Origin: an uncultured Pseudomonadota bacterium
GTDB lineage: Bacteria; Pseudomonadota; Alphaproteobacteria; Rs-D84; CACZYB01
Direction: 5' to 3'
Assembly (NCBI GenBank): GCA_902785275.1
Contig: CACZYB010000002.1
Location: 99,495 to 163,494, forward strand
Length of the DNA stretch: 64,000 bases
Part shown: piece by piece, positions 1 to 10,689 of the stretch
How the letters are laid out: each line of letters begins with the position of its first letter
How positions within the stretch are numbered: the first letter of the stretch is position 1
Program-made: the position numbers and the translations under genes
Notes under the pieces: model-generated
Database searches by the model: none
Told to the model about the DNA's origin: nothing
What the model saw: only the letters and a program-made list of their open reading frames with translations

Positions 1-273
1 TTTTTTTATCCAGCAAAAACAAGCAGTTACGAGCATGTTTTTAGACTACTTAAACAATATTGGCAAAGCAAATAATAATGCCAATCCACCAAAAATTAAT
101 TGTTCACGTGGAGTCCTTATTTTTTTTAACTCCTTATTAAATAATGCGATGTATTATAGGAAAAAATTCATTCCTTTTCAATAAAAATCACCCAAAAAAT
201 AAATTTATGTTGAAATTTTATAAATATTCGGCTATCTTTTATGTACTTTAAAAATTAATTTAGGAGTAATATT

Positions 274-840
274 ATGAAACAACAAGCAAACCAAATAAGA
301 CCAGGTTGGGTTATTTTAGATAATGGTAAACAATACACAGTTATTGGAATTCAAATCCTTCAACCAGGTAAGGGTGGCGCATTTATTCAGGTTGAAATGC
401 GTGATGTTGAAACAGGTCTTAAAACACAACAAAGATGGAGAACTGTTGATACAGTTGAAAAATTAACTGCTGAAGATAAAGATTATCAATACCTTTATGC
501 AGAAGGTGATGATTTCGTATTCATGGATCAAGAAAGCTATGAACAAATCAATATTTCAAAAGATTTGCTTGGCGAACGTGCTCCTCTTCTTCAAGATGGT
601 ATGAAAGTTATCATCAGTTTCATCGAAGGAAAGGCAATTTCTGTTCAACTTCCTAAAAATGCAACTTGCACAATCGCAGAAACAGAACCTGTTGTTAAGG
701 GGCAAACTGCTACTGGTTCATTCAAACCTGCTATCTTGGATAATGGTATCCGTGTTATGGTTCCACAATTCATCGATGCTGGTGATGCTATCGTTATTTC
801 AACAGACGATCTTGCATACATCGAACGTGCAAAGAAATAA
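274..840 (+). CDS. efp: Elongation factor P
   Basis: PGKGGAF loop, YLYxxGD, GQTA...KPA and VPQFI motifs; AGGAG RBS upstream. Confidence 0.97.
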   Translation: MKQQANQIRPGWVILDNGKQYTVIGIQILQPGKGGAFIQVEMRDVETGLKTQQRWRTVDTVEKLTAEDKDYQYLYAEGDDFVFMDQESYEQINISKDLLGERAPLLQDGMKVIISFIEGKAISVQLPKNATCTIAETEPVVKGQTATGSFKPAILDNGIRVMVPQFIDAGDAIVISTDDLAYIERAKK

Positions 841-856
841 TTTTATTTCAATTCGT

Positions 857-888
857 AATACCCTGTCTCTTGGCAGGGTATTTTTTTT
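857..888 (+). terminator. Rho-independent terminator after efp
   Basis: AATACCCTGTC-TCTT-GGCAGGGTATT hairpin followed by a T run. Confidence 0.85.
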
Positions 889-996
889 GAAAATTAAACC
901 ATAATATCTTCCTATTTTTTTCCAGATAATATTTGACTTTTTTCCCAGAAAATTATATAATATTTTGCATAAGGATAGAAATGGAGAAAATCGAAA

Positions 997-3051
997 ATGA
1001 GAAAGCTTATAACTTATTGCTCTTTGTTTATTTTGACAGGTTGTCTAACAAGTGGTGGCTCAGGTTCATACCGTTCATCAGTAAAAACAAAAACAGGTGG
1101 AAAAAAAACTGAAAAAAAGGAAAATCCAAGGAAAAAATCTGACGATGTTTCTACATCATCTACTCTTAAATACTTATCCAGAGCAGAAACAGTAAAGGAT
1201 AAGGTCTTAGAAACAAATAGTAAAGCAATAAAAAAATCATTCGAAACTTATAATAGAAACGTAACAACGGTTGATGATAAACTAACTGTGAATGAGGCAA
1301 ATCTTGCAAAGGCAGACGAATATTTGATTGCTTCTACCCGTACGGAAAATCCAATAGATATCTCCAGTATGATTAGCACAATTACTTCTTTGCAAAGTGA
1401 TTATATTGAATATACTGCATATAAAAGTGCTTATGATAGTTTGAATCACGTTCTTAAAACTTCGGCTGACTTTACAAATGCGAACGAATATGCAAACTAT
1501 CTTCAATCAAATGCTGAAAGCGGAATTTTAAAAGAACAAAAAGTTTCAACTGTTCGTGAAGTTGATGATGCTGTATACATCGCAAAAATTGAAAAGGCAT
1601 ACTTTGATTATTTAAAGAAACATATTTCTGGTCTAACATCTGTTGACTATACTGCATATTCTTCAGCAGATGGTTCTTCTGCTGCATATACAGATTTGAT
1701 GACAAATTTAGCAGCACAAGTTGAAACACAAAAATCTTCAATGGATACAAAAAAAGATGCTGTTATAAGTGATTTAAAAGCTCTTGATCCTTCTGTTAAT
1801 GAATTGCCATTAACAATTAATGACGTTGTAAAATATTGGAGAACACAACAAAAAATCCTTATCGCAATTCAAAATACAAAATACCTTCCTGATGTTTCAA
1901 CAAAAACTGATGATATGAAGAGTGTTGCATTAAACGAAGATTTGAATACTGTAAATATAAAATATGTTTATAACAAAGGATTAGAAGATTACACACTTGA
2001 TGCGGGAAAGGCAAATGGCGAAACTTTGTCATTTAAGGCAAGTGATTTTGAAAAGGATACAATAACTCGTTCATATGTCGCAAAAAAGGCTTCTGATGAA
2101 GAAACTATTGAAAATGCTATAACATTCCTTCCAAATCTTTGGGCTTATTTGAATAATGGTGGAAAAACAGATTCCGAATTCAAAAAAAGAAAAGATTATG
2201 CTCAAACTGTTTTTGTTAAAGTAAAAAATGGAACTGCAACAGTTGGAGAAAAAGCTGACTTTGAAAATTGGGTAAAGGATCCAAATACAGGTATATCTTT
2301 TATAAATATAGAAAACCTTTCAAATGTTTCATCTGATGATTATAAAAACTGGAATATTGCAAACATAATTTTAAAGTCCGCAAAAGATGTTGATTTTACT
2401 TTAACAAAAAAGGAAACAAAAACAGATACTGTTTACCTTGGTGGTGCTTATACTGGTTTGACATTCTCTGACTACGGAATTTGGCAAACAAAGGCTTCTA
2501 GTTATTATACAGGAAATAAAACATTGCTTTCATACTTAAGTTCAACTTCTGCAAAGTCAGTTAACGTAGTAGGTAATTATATGTTTTACAGTGGTCTTGA
2601 AAGCTTTAAACAAGCATATCCTGCAAATCAAACAAGAGGTTCTGTATCATTTGTTGGTAATACACTTGCTTATGCGGATTTGGTTGGAACTTCGGGTGAA
2701 AGAATAAGTAAGCAATTAATTGGTGCAGCAAAGCTTTCTATTTCACCTGCATCTGTTGCTGACTTAACACTTGGGTTTGAAGGTTGGTATGGATTTACTA
2801 TTGAAGGAATTGATGTTTCAACACCAGATTTCTCATCAGAAAATCCTGCAAAGATAACAACAAGTTGTGCTTCATGTGGTTGGGTAAAGTCTCCAACATT
2901 CACATCAAAAGTTTTCGGTTCACAATACGGACTTGATGCAGAAAAACCTACCGAAGCTGTTGGTGCATATAAGATTGAAACAAATGATGTTGCAGATCCA
3001 TCAAAGTACACAAAAGTTATAATCAAAGGTGCCTTTGGTGTAAAAGAATAA
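997..3051 (+). CDS. Large putative surface lipoprotein with C-terminal TbpB-like beta-barrel
   Basis: Lipobox LTGC (Cys16), Gly/Ser/Lys-rich tether, helical middle, beta-rich C-terminus ending GAFGVKE as in TbpB/Slam-type substrates. Confidence 0.6.
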   Translation: MRKLITYCSLFILTGCLTSGGSGSYRSSVKTKTGGKKTEKKENPRKKSDDVSTSSTLKYLSRAETVKDKVLETNSKAIKKSFETYNRNVTTVDDKLTVNEANLAKADEYLIASTRTENPIDISSMISTITSLQSDYIEYTAYKSAYDSLNHVLKTSADFTNANEYANYLQSNAESGILKEQKVSTVREVDDAVYIAKIEKAYFDYLKKHISGLTSVDYTAYSSADGSSAAYTDLMTNLAAQVETQKSSMDTKKDAVISDLKALDPSVNELPLTINDVVKYWRTQQKILIAIQNTKYLPDVSTKTDDMKSVALNEDLNTVNIKYVYNKGLEDYTLDAGKANGETLSFKASDFEKDTITRSYVAKKASDEETIENAITFLPNLWAYLNNGGKTDSEFKKRKDYAQTVFVKVKNGTATVGEKADFENWVKDPNTGISFINIENLSNVSSDDYKNWNIANIILKSAKDVDFTLTKKETKTDTVYLGGAYTGLTFSDYGIWQTKASSYYTGNKTLLSYLSSTSAKSVNVVGNYMFYSGLESFKQAYPANQTRGSVSFVGNTLAYADLVGTSGERISKQLIGAAKLSISPASVADLTLGFEGWYGFTIEGIDVSTPDFSSENPAKITTSCASCGWVKSPTFTSKVFGSQYGLDAEKPTEAVGAYKIETNDVADPSKYTKVIIKGAFGVKE

Positions 3052-3134
3052 AAATTTCTTGAAATTAAAAAAAATCAAATGTACAATCCCGTGCTATATC
3101 TAATCAAAATATAGCACTTTTTACGAGGTTTAAA

Positions 3135-4514
3135 ATGGAAAATGAATTGGCTACAAAGCCGATAAAGAATTTAATTATCAAATTTGCCTTACCATCAATC
3201 ATCGCATTTTTGGTAAGTTCTCTATATAATATGGTGGACCAAATTTTTGTTGGTAACTATGCCGGATATTTGGGTAACGCTGCAACATCAATTATATTTC
3301 CAATTTTTATTTTTGGTATGGCTGTTGCAAGCTGTATCTCGGATGGTGGTGTAGCATACTTCTCTCTCCAACTTGGTGCTGGACACAGAAAAATTGCAGA
3401 AAAGATTTTCGGTAATGTATTAAGTTTATTAATAGTATTTCCAATACTTATCACAACACTTTCTTACATATTTATTGACGATATGTTGGTATTTTTCGGT
3501 GCAACACCGGAAATTTTTCCACTTGCAAAAACCTATGCTCAGATTATGTTTGTTGGTACACCTGTATTCTTGCTCGGTATGGGATTAAATGCATTTATCC
3601 GTGCAGATGGAAGTCCAAAGTACGCAATGATTTCTATGCTTATTGGTGCAATATTAAACCTTATTCTTGACCCAATATTTATATTTTGGTTTGATTGGGG
3701 AATTGCAGGTGCGGCCTGGGCCACAGTTGTATCAGAAATATTTTCATTTATTTGGGCAATATCATATTTGCCACAATTCAAATCTATGAAAATAAAGATT
3801 ACAAGTCTTAAATTAAGCTTTCCAATAATACGTAAAATTTTCATTTACGGAATGTCAAACTTCTTTATTTCATCAGCAATCACATTTGTTGTAATTGCAT
3901 ATAACAACAGTCTTAAAAAATACGGTGCCGAAAGTATTTACGGAAGCAACATTCCACTTTCCGCCTATGCCTTGACCGCAAAGGTAAACCAAATCTTTAT
4001 GTCATTTATGATTGGTTTGGGTATCGGACTTCAGCCAATTGTTGGTTTTAACTATGGCGCAAGAAATTATAAAAGGGTAAAGGAAACATTTAAAAAAACT
4101 ATTTATATTGCTGTGACAATAGGACTTGTATTTTCAGTATTGTTACAGTCATTCCCATACATATTTATACGTATGTTTGGAAGTGGCTCTCAACTTTATT
4201 ATGACTTTGCAAGTATGTCATTCAGAATAATCTTTACTGGCCAAATCTTTATAGCAATAGGTATCATCACAAGTAACTTTTTCCGTGCAATAGGAAGACC
4301 TTGGATGTCTGTATTTTCTGCGGGATCAAGATTTACTGTATTCTTCATTCCAACAATATACTTTCTTCCAAAATTATTGGGAATAAAGGGTGTATTGTGG
4401 GTAACACCAGTTGCTGAGCTTTTATCGGCAAGCTTCTCATTATGGCTTATCTCTATGGAAATGAAAAAGCTTAAAAAATTGATTAAAAACGAGGAAAAAC
4501 GAAAAGCGGTTTAG
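3135..4514 (+). CDS. MATE family efflux transporter (MepA-like)
   Basis: YNMVDQIFVG, RADGSP, NLILDPIFI, GIAGAAWAT and QPIVGFNYGA motifs; about 12 hydrophobic segments. Confidence 0.93.
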   Translation: MENELATKPIKNLIIKFALPSIIAFLVSSLYNMVDQIFVGNYAGYLGNAATSIIFPIFIFGMAVASCISDGGVAYFSLQLGAGHRKIAEKIFGNVLSLLIVFPILITTLSYIFIDDMLVFFGATPEIFPLAKTYAQIMFVGTPVFLLGMGLNAFIRADGSPKYAMISMLIGAILNLILDPIFIFWFDWGIAGAAWATVVSEIFSFIWAISYLPQFKSMKIKITSLKLSFPIIRKIFIYGMSNFFISSAITFVVIAYNNSLKKYGAESIYGSNIPLSAYALTAKVNQIFMSFMIGLGIGLQPIVGFNYGARNYKRVKETFKKTIYIAVTIGLVFSVLLQSFPYIFIRMFGSGSQLYYDFASMSFRIIFTGQIFIAIGIITSNFFRAIGRPWMSVFSAGSRFTVFFIPTIYFLPKLLGIKGVLWVTPVAELLSASFSLWLISMEMKKLKKLIKNEEKRKAV

Positions 4515-4522
4515 TTACTTAA

Positions 4523-5569
4523 CTAATCCTTTTCGAAAAGACAAACCAGTTCCAAATGCTTTGTGTTTGGGAATTGGTCGACTGGTGTAATTTCCTTTAA
4601 TTTATATCCACCGTCGATAAGTATCTTTGCATCAGTCTTAAATGCCAATGGGTTACACGAAACATAGATTACTGTTTTAACCTTGCTTTTTGCAATTTCT
4701 TGGGATTGTCTTTTTGCACCATCACGTGGTGGATCAAGAACTATTAAATCAAGTTCATCAAGTTTTTCAGACTTTAGCGGATGTGCAAACAAATCAACAC
4801 TTTTTGCATCAATATTAAAGTGGTATGAGTGAGCAATTCTTTTAAGTTGCTTTATTGCATCATCATCACAATCTACCGCAAAAATTTCATCCGAAAAATC
4901 CTTTAAATAAAAAGAAAAAAGTCCAAGTCCACAGAAAAAATCAGCAACTTTTTTATAATGCTTTTCTCCAATCCACGATTTCACAATATCAACAATTTTA
5001 CTTTCTGATTCCTTTGCTGGTTGTAAAAAAGTTTTTGGAGGATAGGGGATTTTAACGCCATTAAATAAAACCAATGGCTCCTCACGCTTATAAAGCTCCT
5101 CTGTCCCACTTGTAAGGCGAAGTATGTTATGTGCTTCACAAAATTCTTTTATCTTTTGCTTATCAAGAAGCATAATGTTTATATTTTCGAAATGAATAGT
5201 TAGACCGTTGTCAACCTTTACTACAACAATACTTCCATCACTTCTTTTCACAAAAGATTTAAAAAGTTTACGTAAAGGAAGAATAAGTGCATTTATTTCT
5301 GGCAAAAGCAACGGGCATTTTTGCAATCCAACAACTTCGTTTGAACGAGCCTTGAAAAAGCCAATGTTGCAACCGTAATCAATTTTAAAGGTTGCCTTTC
5401 TCCTTATCCCTGCATCAAAGGTAATAACAGAATTAAGTTTATCATAGCTAAGTCCAGCCAAAATTTCCTTTAACGAAGATATTTTTTGTGCCTTATATTC
5501 TTCCAAATTCACACCTTGAATTTGGCATCCGCCACAAAGTCCAAAATACATACATTTTTTTTCTATCAT
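4523..5569 (-). CDS. TrmA/RlmD-family RNA m5U methyltransferase lacking the TRAM domain
   Basis: CxxxxxCGGC Fe-S motif, FLQ, DFFCGLG, LDPPRDG, YVSCNP and DQFPNTKHLE motifs. Confidence 0.9.
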   Translation of the reverse strand: MIEKKCMYFGLCGGCQIQGVNLEEYKAQKISSLKEILAGLSYDKLNSVITFDAGIRRKATFKIDYGCNIGFFKARSNEVVGLQKCPLLLPEINALILPLRKLFKSFVKRSDGSIVVVKVDNGLTIHFENINIMLLDKQKIKEFCEAHNILRLTSGTEELYKREEPLVLFNGVKIPYPPKTFLQPAKESESKIVDIVKSWIGEKHYKKVADFFCGLGLFSFYLKDFSDEIFAVDCDDDAIKQLKRIAHSYHFNIDAKSVDLFAHPLKSEKLDELDLIVLDPPRDGAKRQSQEIAKSKVKTVIYVSCNPLAFKTDAKILIDGGYKLKEITPVDQFPNTKHLELVCLFEKD

Positions 5570-5789
5570 AATAAATAATATTATTGCTATTTTTTGCGAA
5601 ATATCAAGTATAATCTGGAAAAACAGGAATTTGTTCTTTCAAATAATTCTTGAGTTATAATTCAAAAGATTTATAATTTAACCTGTTAATATGGTTTAGG
5701 AACAAAGATTTTTAAATTTATTTTTTGGCTTGTTTGTCTTTTACTTCCAGCATATTTTCGTATTATTAACTTTAATTATGAGGACATTA

Positions 5790-5990
5790 ATGACAAAAGG
5801 TACAGTAAAATGGTTTAATTCAAAAAAAGGCTACGGCTTCATTCAACCAGATGATGGATCAAAGGATGTATTTGTTCATATCACTGCGGTAAAGGCTGCC
5901 GGTATTTTTTTAAACGAAGGAACAAGGCTGGAATTCGAAATTGTTTCGGATAATGGCAAACAATCCGCCGGAAAACTTAAACAAATATAA
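5790..5990 (+). CDS. cspA: Cold-shock protein (CspA family)
   Basis: [14 protein letters not shown] and DVFVH motifs; ATG at 5790 after GAGG is preferred to the ORF-track start. Confidence 0.95.
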   Translation: MTKGTVKWFNSKKGYGFIQPDDGSKDVFVHITAVKAAGIFLNEGTRLEFEIVSDNGKQSAGKLKQI

Positions 5991-5991
5991 T

Positions 5992-6016
5992 AAAAGCCTC
6001 CATTCGGGGGCTTTTT
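5992..6016. terminator. Bidirectional terminator between csp and polA
   Basis: AAAAGCCTCC-ATTC-GGGGGCTTTT hairpin between convergent genes. Confidence 0.8.
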
Positions 6017-6039
6017 AATTTTCCTTTTTCGTTAGTGAA

Positions 6040-8859
6040 TTAGTGTGCATCGGTCCAATTATCGGCAACCCCAACCTCAACAATCAATGGAACAGAAAGA
6101 TGTTCAATATTTTCCATTGTGTTTTTGATTATATCCTTTGCCAAATCAACTTTATCTTCCTTTACTTCGAAAATAAGTTCGTCGTGCACCTGTAAAAGCA
6201 TACGAATATCATCAGTAAGATTTTGTTCCTTTAAAATTTCACGAATTTTTATCATCGCTTTTTTAAGTATATCTGCACCGGTACCCTGACAAGGAGCATT
6301 TATCGCCGCACGTTCGGCATATGCTTTAAGTCTTGGATTATTGATATTTGAAATGAAAAGCTTTCTGCCATAAAGTGTTTCAACATATCCATTTTTATGT
6401 GCAAAATCTTTTGTCTTTTCCATATATTCAAGTATTTCAGGATATATCTTAAAATAGTTTTCGATATATTCTTTTGCTTCTGTCTGAGATATATCAAGTT
6501 GCTTTGCAAGACCAAAAGCTGAAATTCCATAAATGATACCGAAATTAATTGCCTTTGCTTTACGTCTTATATCAGATGTCATTTCATTTTCTGGAACATT
6601 AAATATTTGAGAGGCAGTCCTTGTATGAATATCAACACCATCCAAAAATGCTTTCTCCAAATTCTTAACATTCGCAAGTGATGCCATAAGTCTTAGTTCT
6701 ATTTGAGAGTAATCTGCAGATAAAAGTTTGTACCCATTCTTTGCAACAAACGTTGAACGAATATCCTTTCCCAAATCTGAACGTACAGGAATATTTTGAA
6801 GATTAGGATCATTCGATGAAAGACGTCCGGTCGAAGTTCCACATTGAAAATAGTTTGTGTGAACACGTCCATCCCTTGGCAAAACCTGTTCTACCAAAGC
6901 ATCGGCATATGTACTTTTAAGTTTTGCAAGTTCCCTGTATTTCAAAACCTTTTCTGCAATTTCATAACCTTGATATGAAAGTTGTTTTAATATTTCCACA
7001 TCGGTTGAATAAGTTTTTTTATTTTTCTCTGGATATGGAATTGCCAATTTTTCAAACAAAACATCGGCTAATTGCTTTGGTGAAAGGATGTTAAATTCCA
7101 TTCCTGCCAACGCATAAATTTCTTTTGAAAGGTCATTAAGTATTTGCCCAAAACTAAAACTTAAACTTTTAAGTTTTTCTGTATCAACACAAACGCCCAA
7201 TTCTTCCATTTCAAAAAGATTGTAAACAAGTGGTAAATCAATATTTTTATAAATTTCTTCACAACCTTCTTTTTCGATTCTTTCTTTGAATAGGTTATAA
7301 AGTCGCAATGTTACATCGGCATCTTCTGCAGCATAATCTAAAGCCTTATCAAACGCAACTTCGGCAAATGAAATTTGAGCCTTTCCTGTACCACAAACAT
7401 CGGTGTAATGTATTGTTGTATAGCCAAGATGAATGTTTGCAAGTTCATCCATATTGTGAAGATTTTTTGTTGTATCTAAAACATAGCTCATAATCATAGT
7501 ATCTTCCACAGGATAAACATTTACGCCAAGACGTTTGAATATGTGCATATCATATTTTATGTTATGACCAACTTTTTTAATCTTTGGATTTTCAAGTAAT
7601 GGTTTTATATGTTTTACCAACTCATCTACAGGAATTTGTTTTTCCTGTAAAACATCTTTGCCGTCATTAAATAAATCGGCACCATCGAAAACTTTTTTAA
7701 TGTGATGTATAGGAATGTAGCAAGCCTTTCCTTCTTCTGTTGCAATACTCATACCGACAATATCTGCATCCAAACTGTTAAGTCCAGTTGTTTCTGTATC
7801 AACGGCAAATACACCTTTTTCTTCGCAATCCTTAATCCATTTATCAAGAGTTTCAATATCTTGAACAAGCTCGTATCTCTTTTCAACTTGTTTCACAGGT
7901 TTTCTTTCGTAAACATTATTTTCAATAGTTGTTTGAGAAGTTTGTTCTGTTTGATTAGTTGGAACAAAGTTTTCATCAAAAATTTTATTCACACTATCGA
8001 TGAAATTGTTTGCCTTTGTAACCAAAGATTTAAATTCCATTTCTTCCAAAAACTTCATAACTCTATCTTTTTCAACAGGGCAGTTCACAATAGATGACAA
8101 TGGAAATTCAACAGGTACATCGCGTTTAAGTGTAGCAAGTTGTTTTGAAATTCTTGCATCTTCGGCGCCTTCCATAATCATTTTACGGCGTTTATCTTGC
8201 TTAATATTTTTTGCATTTACAATAAGGTTTTCAATGTTTCCATATTTAGTAATAAGTTCCGCAGCAGTCTTTGGCCCAATACCCCTTATCCCAGGAATGT
8301 TATCAACGCTATCACCTATTAAGGCTTGAACTTCTACCACCTTTGATGGTTCAACACCAAATTTTTGAAGTACAGCTTCTTCATCAATATCTTTGTTTTT
8401 AAGAGGGTCGTGAATACGAATATTTGGTGTCATAAGTTGCATTAAATCCTTATCCGAAGAATATATCACAACTTTATCTCCATTTGCCTCTGCCTGTGTT
8501 GCATAGGTCGCAATCAAATCATCCGCTTCAAAGTTTGTCTGTTCAATTGATGCAATATTAAATGCTTCAACAGCCTTTCTTATATATGCAAATTGAGGGA
8601 TAAGTTCTTCCGGAGTTTCGGATCTATTTGCCTTATATTCAGGATAAATTTCATTTCTGAAATTCTTTCGAGCCTTATCAAAAATAACGGCAATAATTTC
8701 ATTTGGATTATGTCTTTCATTTAAAAGTTTCAAAAGCATATTGCAAAAACCATACACCGCACCAACAGGAAGATTATCACTTCTTGAAATTGGAGGTAAG
8801 GCATAAAATGCCCTAAAAATATAGCCTGAACCATCAACAAGTATGTATTTTTTTTGCAT
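6040..8859 (-). CDS. polA: DNA polymerase I
   Basis: 5'-3' exonuclease (LVDGS..FRAFYA, EADD), 3'-5' exonuclease (DTETTG) and polymerase motifs DYSQIELR, KAINFGIIYG, QVHDEL. Confidence 0.98.
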   Translation of the reverse strand: MQKKYILVDGSGYIFRAFYALPPISRSDNLPVGAVYGFCNMLLKLLNERHNPNEIIAVIFDKARKNFRNEIYPEYKANRSETPEELIPQFAYIRKAVEAFNIASIEQTNFEADDLIATYATQAEANGDKVVIYSSDKDLMQLMTPNIRIHDPLKNKDIDEEAVLQKFGVEPSKVVEVQALIGDSVDNIPGIRGIGPKTAAELITKYGNIENLIVNAKNIKQDKRRKMIMEGAEDARISKQLATLKRDVPVEFPLSSIVNCPVEKDRVMKFLEEMEFKSLVTKANNFIDSVNKIFDENFVPTNQTEQTSQTTIENNVYERKPVKQVEKRYELVQDIETLDKWIKDCEEKGVFAVDTETTGLNSLDADIVGMSIATEEGKACYIPIHHIKKVFDGADLFNDGKDVLQEKQIPVDELVKHIKPLLENPKIKKVGHNIKYDMHIFKRLGVNVYPVEDTMIMSYVLDTTKNLHNMDELANIHLGYTTIHYTDVCGTGKAQISFAEVAFDKALDYAAEDADVTLRLYNLFKERIEKEGCEEIYKNIDLPLVYNLFEMEELGVCVDTEKLKSLSFSFGQILNDLSKEIYALAGMEFNILSPKQLADVLFEKLAIPYPEKNKKTYSTDVEILKQLSYQGYEIAEKVLKYRELAKLKSTYADALVEQVLPRDGRVHTNYFQCGTSTGRLSSNDPNLQNIPVRSDLGKDIRSTFVAKNGYKLLSADYSQIELRLMASLANVKNLEKAFLDGVDIHTRTASQIFNVPENEMTSDIRRKAKAINFGIIYGISAFGLAKQLDISQTEAKEYIENYFKIYPEILEYMEKTKDFAHKNGYVETLYGRKLFISNINNPRLKAYAERAAINAPCQGTGADILKKAMIKIREILKEQNLTDDIRMLLQVHDELIFEVKEDKVDLAKDIIKNTMENIEHLSVPLIVEVGVADNWTDAH

Positions 8860-8881
8860 AACTTTCTCCTTTTATTAACAA

Positions 8882-9811
8882 TTATTTTTTAAATTCCAAA
8901 CCAATATCTGTGAAAAATTCTGGACTGTCACGCCAATTTTCTTTTACCTTTACAAACAAGAAAAGATTAACTTTTTTACCAACAACAAATTCCATTTCTT
9001 TTCTTGCTCTTGTACCAATAGCTTTTATTTTTGAACCTCTTTCACCAATGATTATAGATTTATGGTTTTCCGAGCTTGTATAAATAGTTTGCTTTACAGT
9101 AAAGGCATCCTTTTCTTCATCAATATTTTCTGTCTTTATTGATATTGCATAAGGAAGTTCCTGATGTAAAAGTTCGTAAACTTTTTCACGGGTAATTTCC
9201 GAAAGTCTAAGCTCTAATGGCAAATCACTTTTTATATCACTATCGAAATAAAATGGTGATTCTGGCATCTGGTCTTTTACCCAAGAAATAAGGTCATTAA
9301 CACCGTCATTGTTAAGTGCGGAAATCATAAAAATTTCCTTAAATAAATTTGGTGCAACTTCCATAACTTTTGCAGTTAGCTTCAAAAGATCCTCTTTTTT
9401 AAGCAAGTCAACCTTGTTAAGACAAAGAGAAATAGGAGTTTGAACAGTTCTTAATTTCTTAACAATGTTATTGAATGTTTCGGTAATCCCCTTTGATGCA
9501 TCAAGCAAAAATACAATACAGTCACTATCATTCATTGCGGACCAAGCTGATGAAACCATTGCCTTATCAAACTTTCCCTTTGGATTAAAGATTCCAGGTG
9601 TGTCAATAAATACCATCTGTACATTATCTTCGGTTTTTATACCACGAATTTGATTACGTGTAGTTTGTACCTTGTGCGAAGTGATTGAAACCTTTGTTGC
9701 CAAGATTGTATTTAAAAGTGTCGATTTACCACTATTTGTCGCGCCAATAAGTGCAACAAAACCACATTTTGTATTAGAGTAATTTTTTAAATCTTTCTCA
9801 TTCTTTTGCAT
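8882..9811 (-). CDS. era: GTPase Era
   Basis: GxxNSGKST, QTTR, DTPG, NKVD, QELPY and KH-domain IIIGxxGSKIK. Confidence 0.96.
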   Translation of the reverse strand: MQKNEKDLKNYSNTKCGFVALIGATNSGKSTLLNTILATKVSITSHKVQTTRNQIRGIKTEDNVQMVFIDTPGIFNPKGKFDKAMVSSAWSAMNDSDCIVFLLDASKGITETFNNIVKKLRTVQTPISLCLNKVDLLKKEDLLKLTAKVMEVAPNLFKEIFMISALNNDGVNDLISWVKDQMPESPFYFDSDIKSDLPLELRLSEITREKVYELLHQELPYAISIKTENIDEEKDAFTVKQTIYTSSENHKSIIIGERGSKIKAIGTRARKEMEFVVGKKVNLFLFVKVKENWRDSPEFFTDIGLEFKK

Positions 9812-10622
9812 TTCTTTCTCTTTCTTTTTGGTCTTCTATTTCTATTTTTTCATTTACGGATTTTACAAATTCTTCTATTTGTTTTAAAATCCCAAACTGT
9901 TCCCATAGATTAAGTATAACAAATCTTCCGCGACATGCCATAATTTTGTTATACTCAGCTATAAATTTTCTTTTACTAAGGTAAAAAGTCTTGTCAAAAT
10001 TGGCAATACAAACAGTCAAAGCAGTTTCATCAATGTTGTTATTGAAATTTTCCGCACATAAATGAAAATACCTAAGAATTCTAAGTGGATCAATATCAAC
10101 ACTTTCCAATGGATTACCAATAAATTTGACAACACCATTTTTTATATCTTCTATACCATTATATGGATCAATAATTTCAGCATTCGGACTTACATATATC
10201 GCATTACAGGTAAAATCACGTCTTTTTGCATCGATTACCGGATCCTTTACGTATTTTACAGTAGGGAACCTGGAGTAAAGTTTTTTTCTTACCTTATCAT
10301 TCTTCATGTCTTTTGAATTTTTCTCTACGGTCTTTTCATACGTATCTTGCCTAAAGGTTGTAATTTCATATTTTTCATTATCCCAAAAGGTCCTTACCGT
10401 ACCAAAATTAAGCCCAGGTGAATCTTCCCTTAAATTATTTTCACGAAGAAGATTTATTACATTCTGTGGAAGCATACTTGTCGCCAAATCAATATCAGTT
10501 GATTCTTTTCCAACAAAGTGGTCACGAACAGCCCCGCCAACGACATAAATCTGTTCCCCGCTTTTTAAAAACAAGTTGAATAATTTTTGCAAATACATAT
10601 TTTGTAAAAATTTAAAATTCAT
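9798..10622 (-). CDS. cca: Class II tRNA nucleotidyltransferase (CCA-adding family), short form
   Basis: VGGAVRD, DIDLAT, EITTFR, RRDFTCNA, DPLRILR; only 274 aa. Confidence 0.82.
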   Translation of the reverse strand: MNFKFLQNMYLQKLFNLFLKSGEQIYVVGGAVRDHFVGKESTDIDLATSMLPQNVINLLRENNLREDSPGLNFGTVRTFWDNEKYEITTFRQDTYEKTVEKNSKDMKNDKVRKKLYSRFPTVKYVKDPVIDAKRRDFTCNAIYVSPNAEIIDPYNGIEDIKNGVVKFIGNPLESVDIDPLRILRYFHLCAENFNNNIDETALTVCIANFDKTFYLSKRKFIAEYNKIMACRGRFVILNLWEQFGILKQIEEFVKSVNEKIEIEDQKERERNAKE

Positions 10623-10689
10623 TTTTTAAATCCTTGCATCTTTTTTGATTATAGTATAACATACAAAATCAATATAGGGGAGTTTTTTT

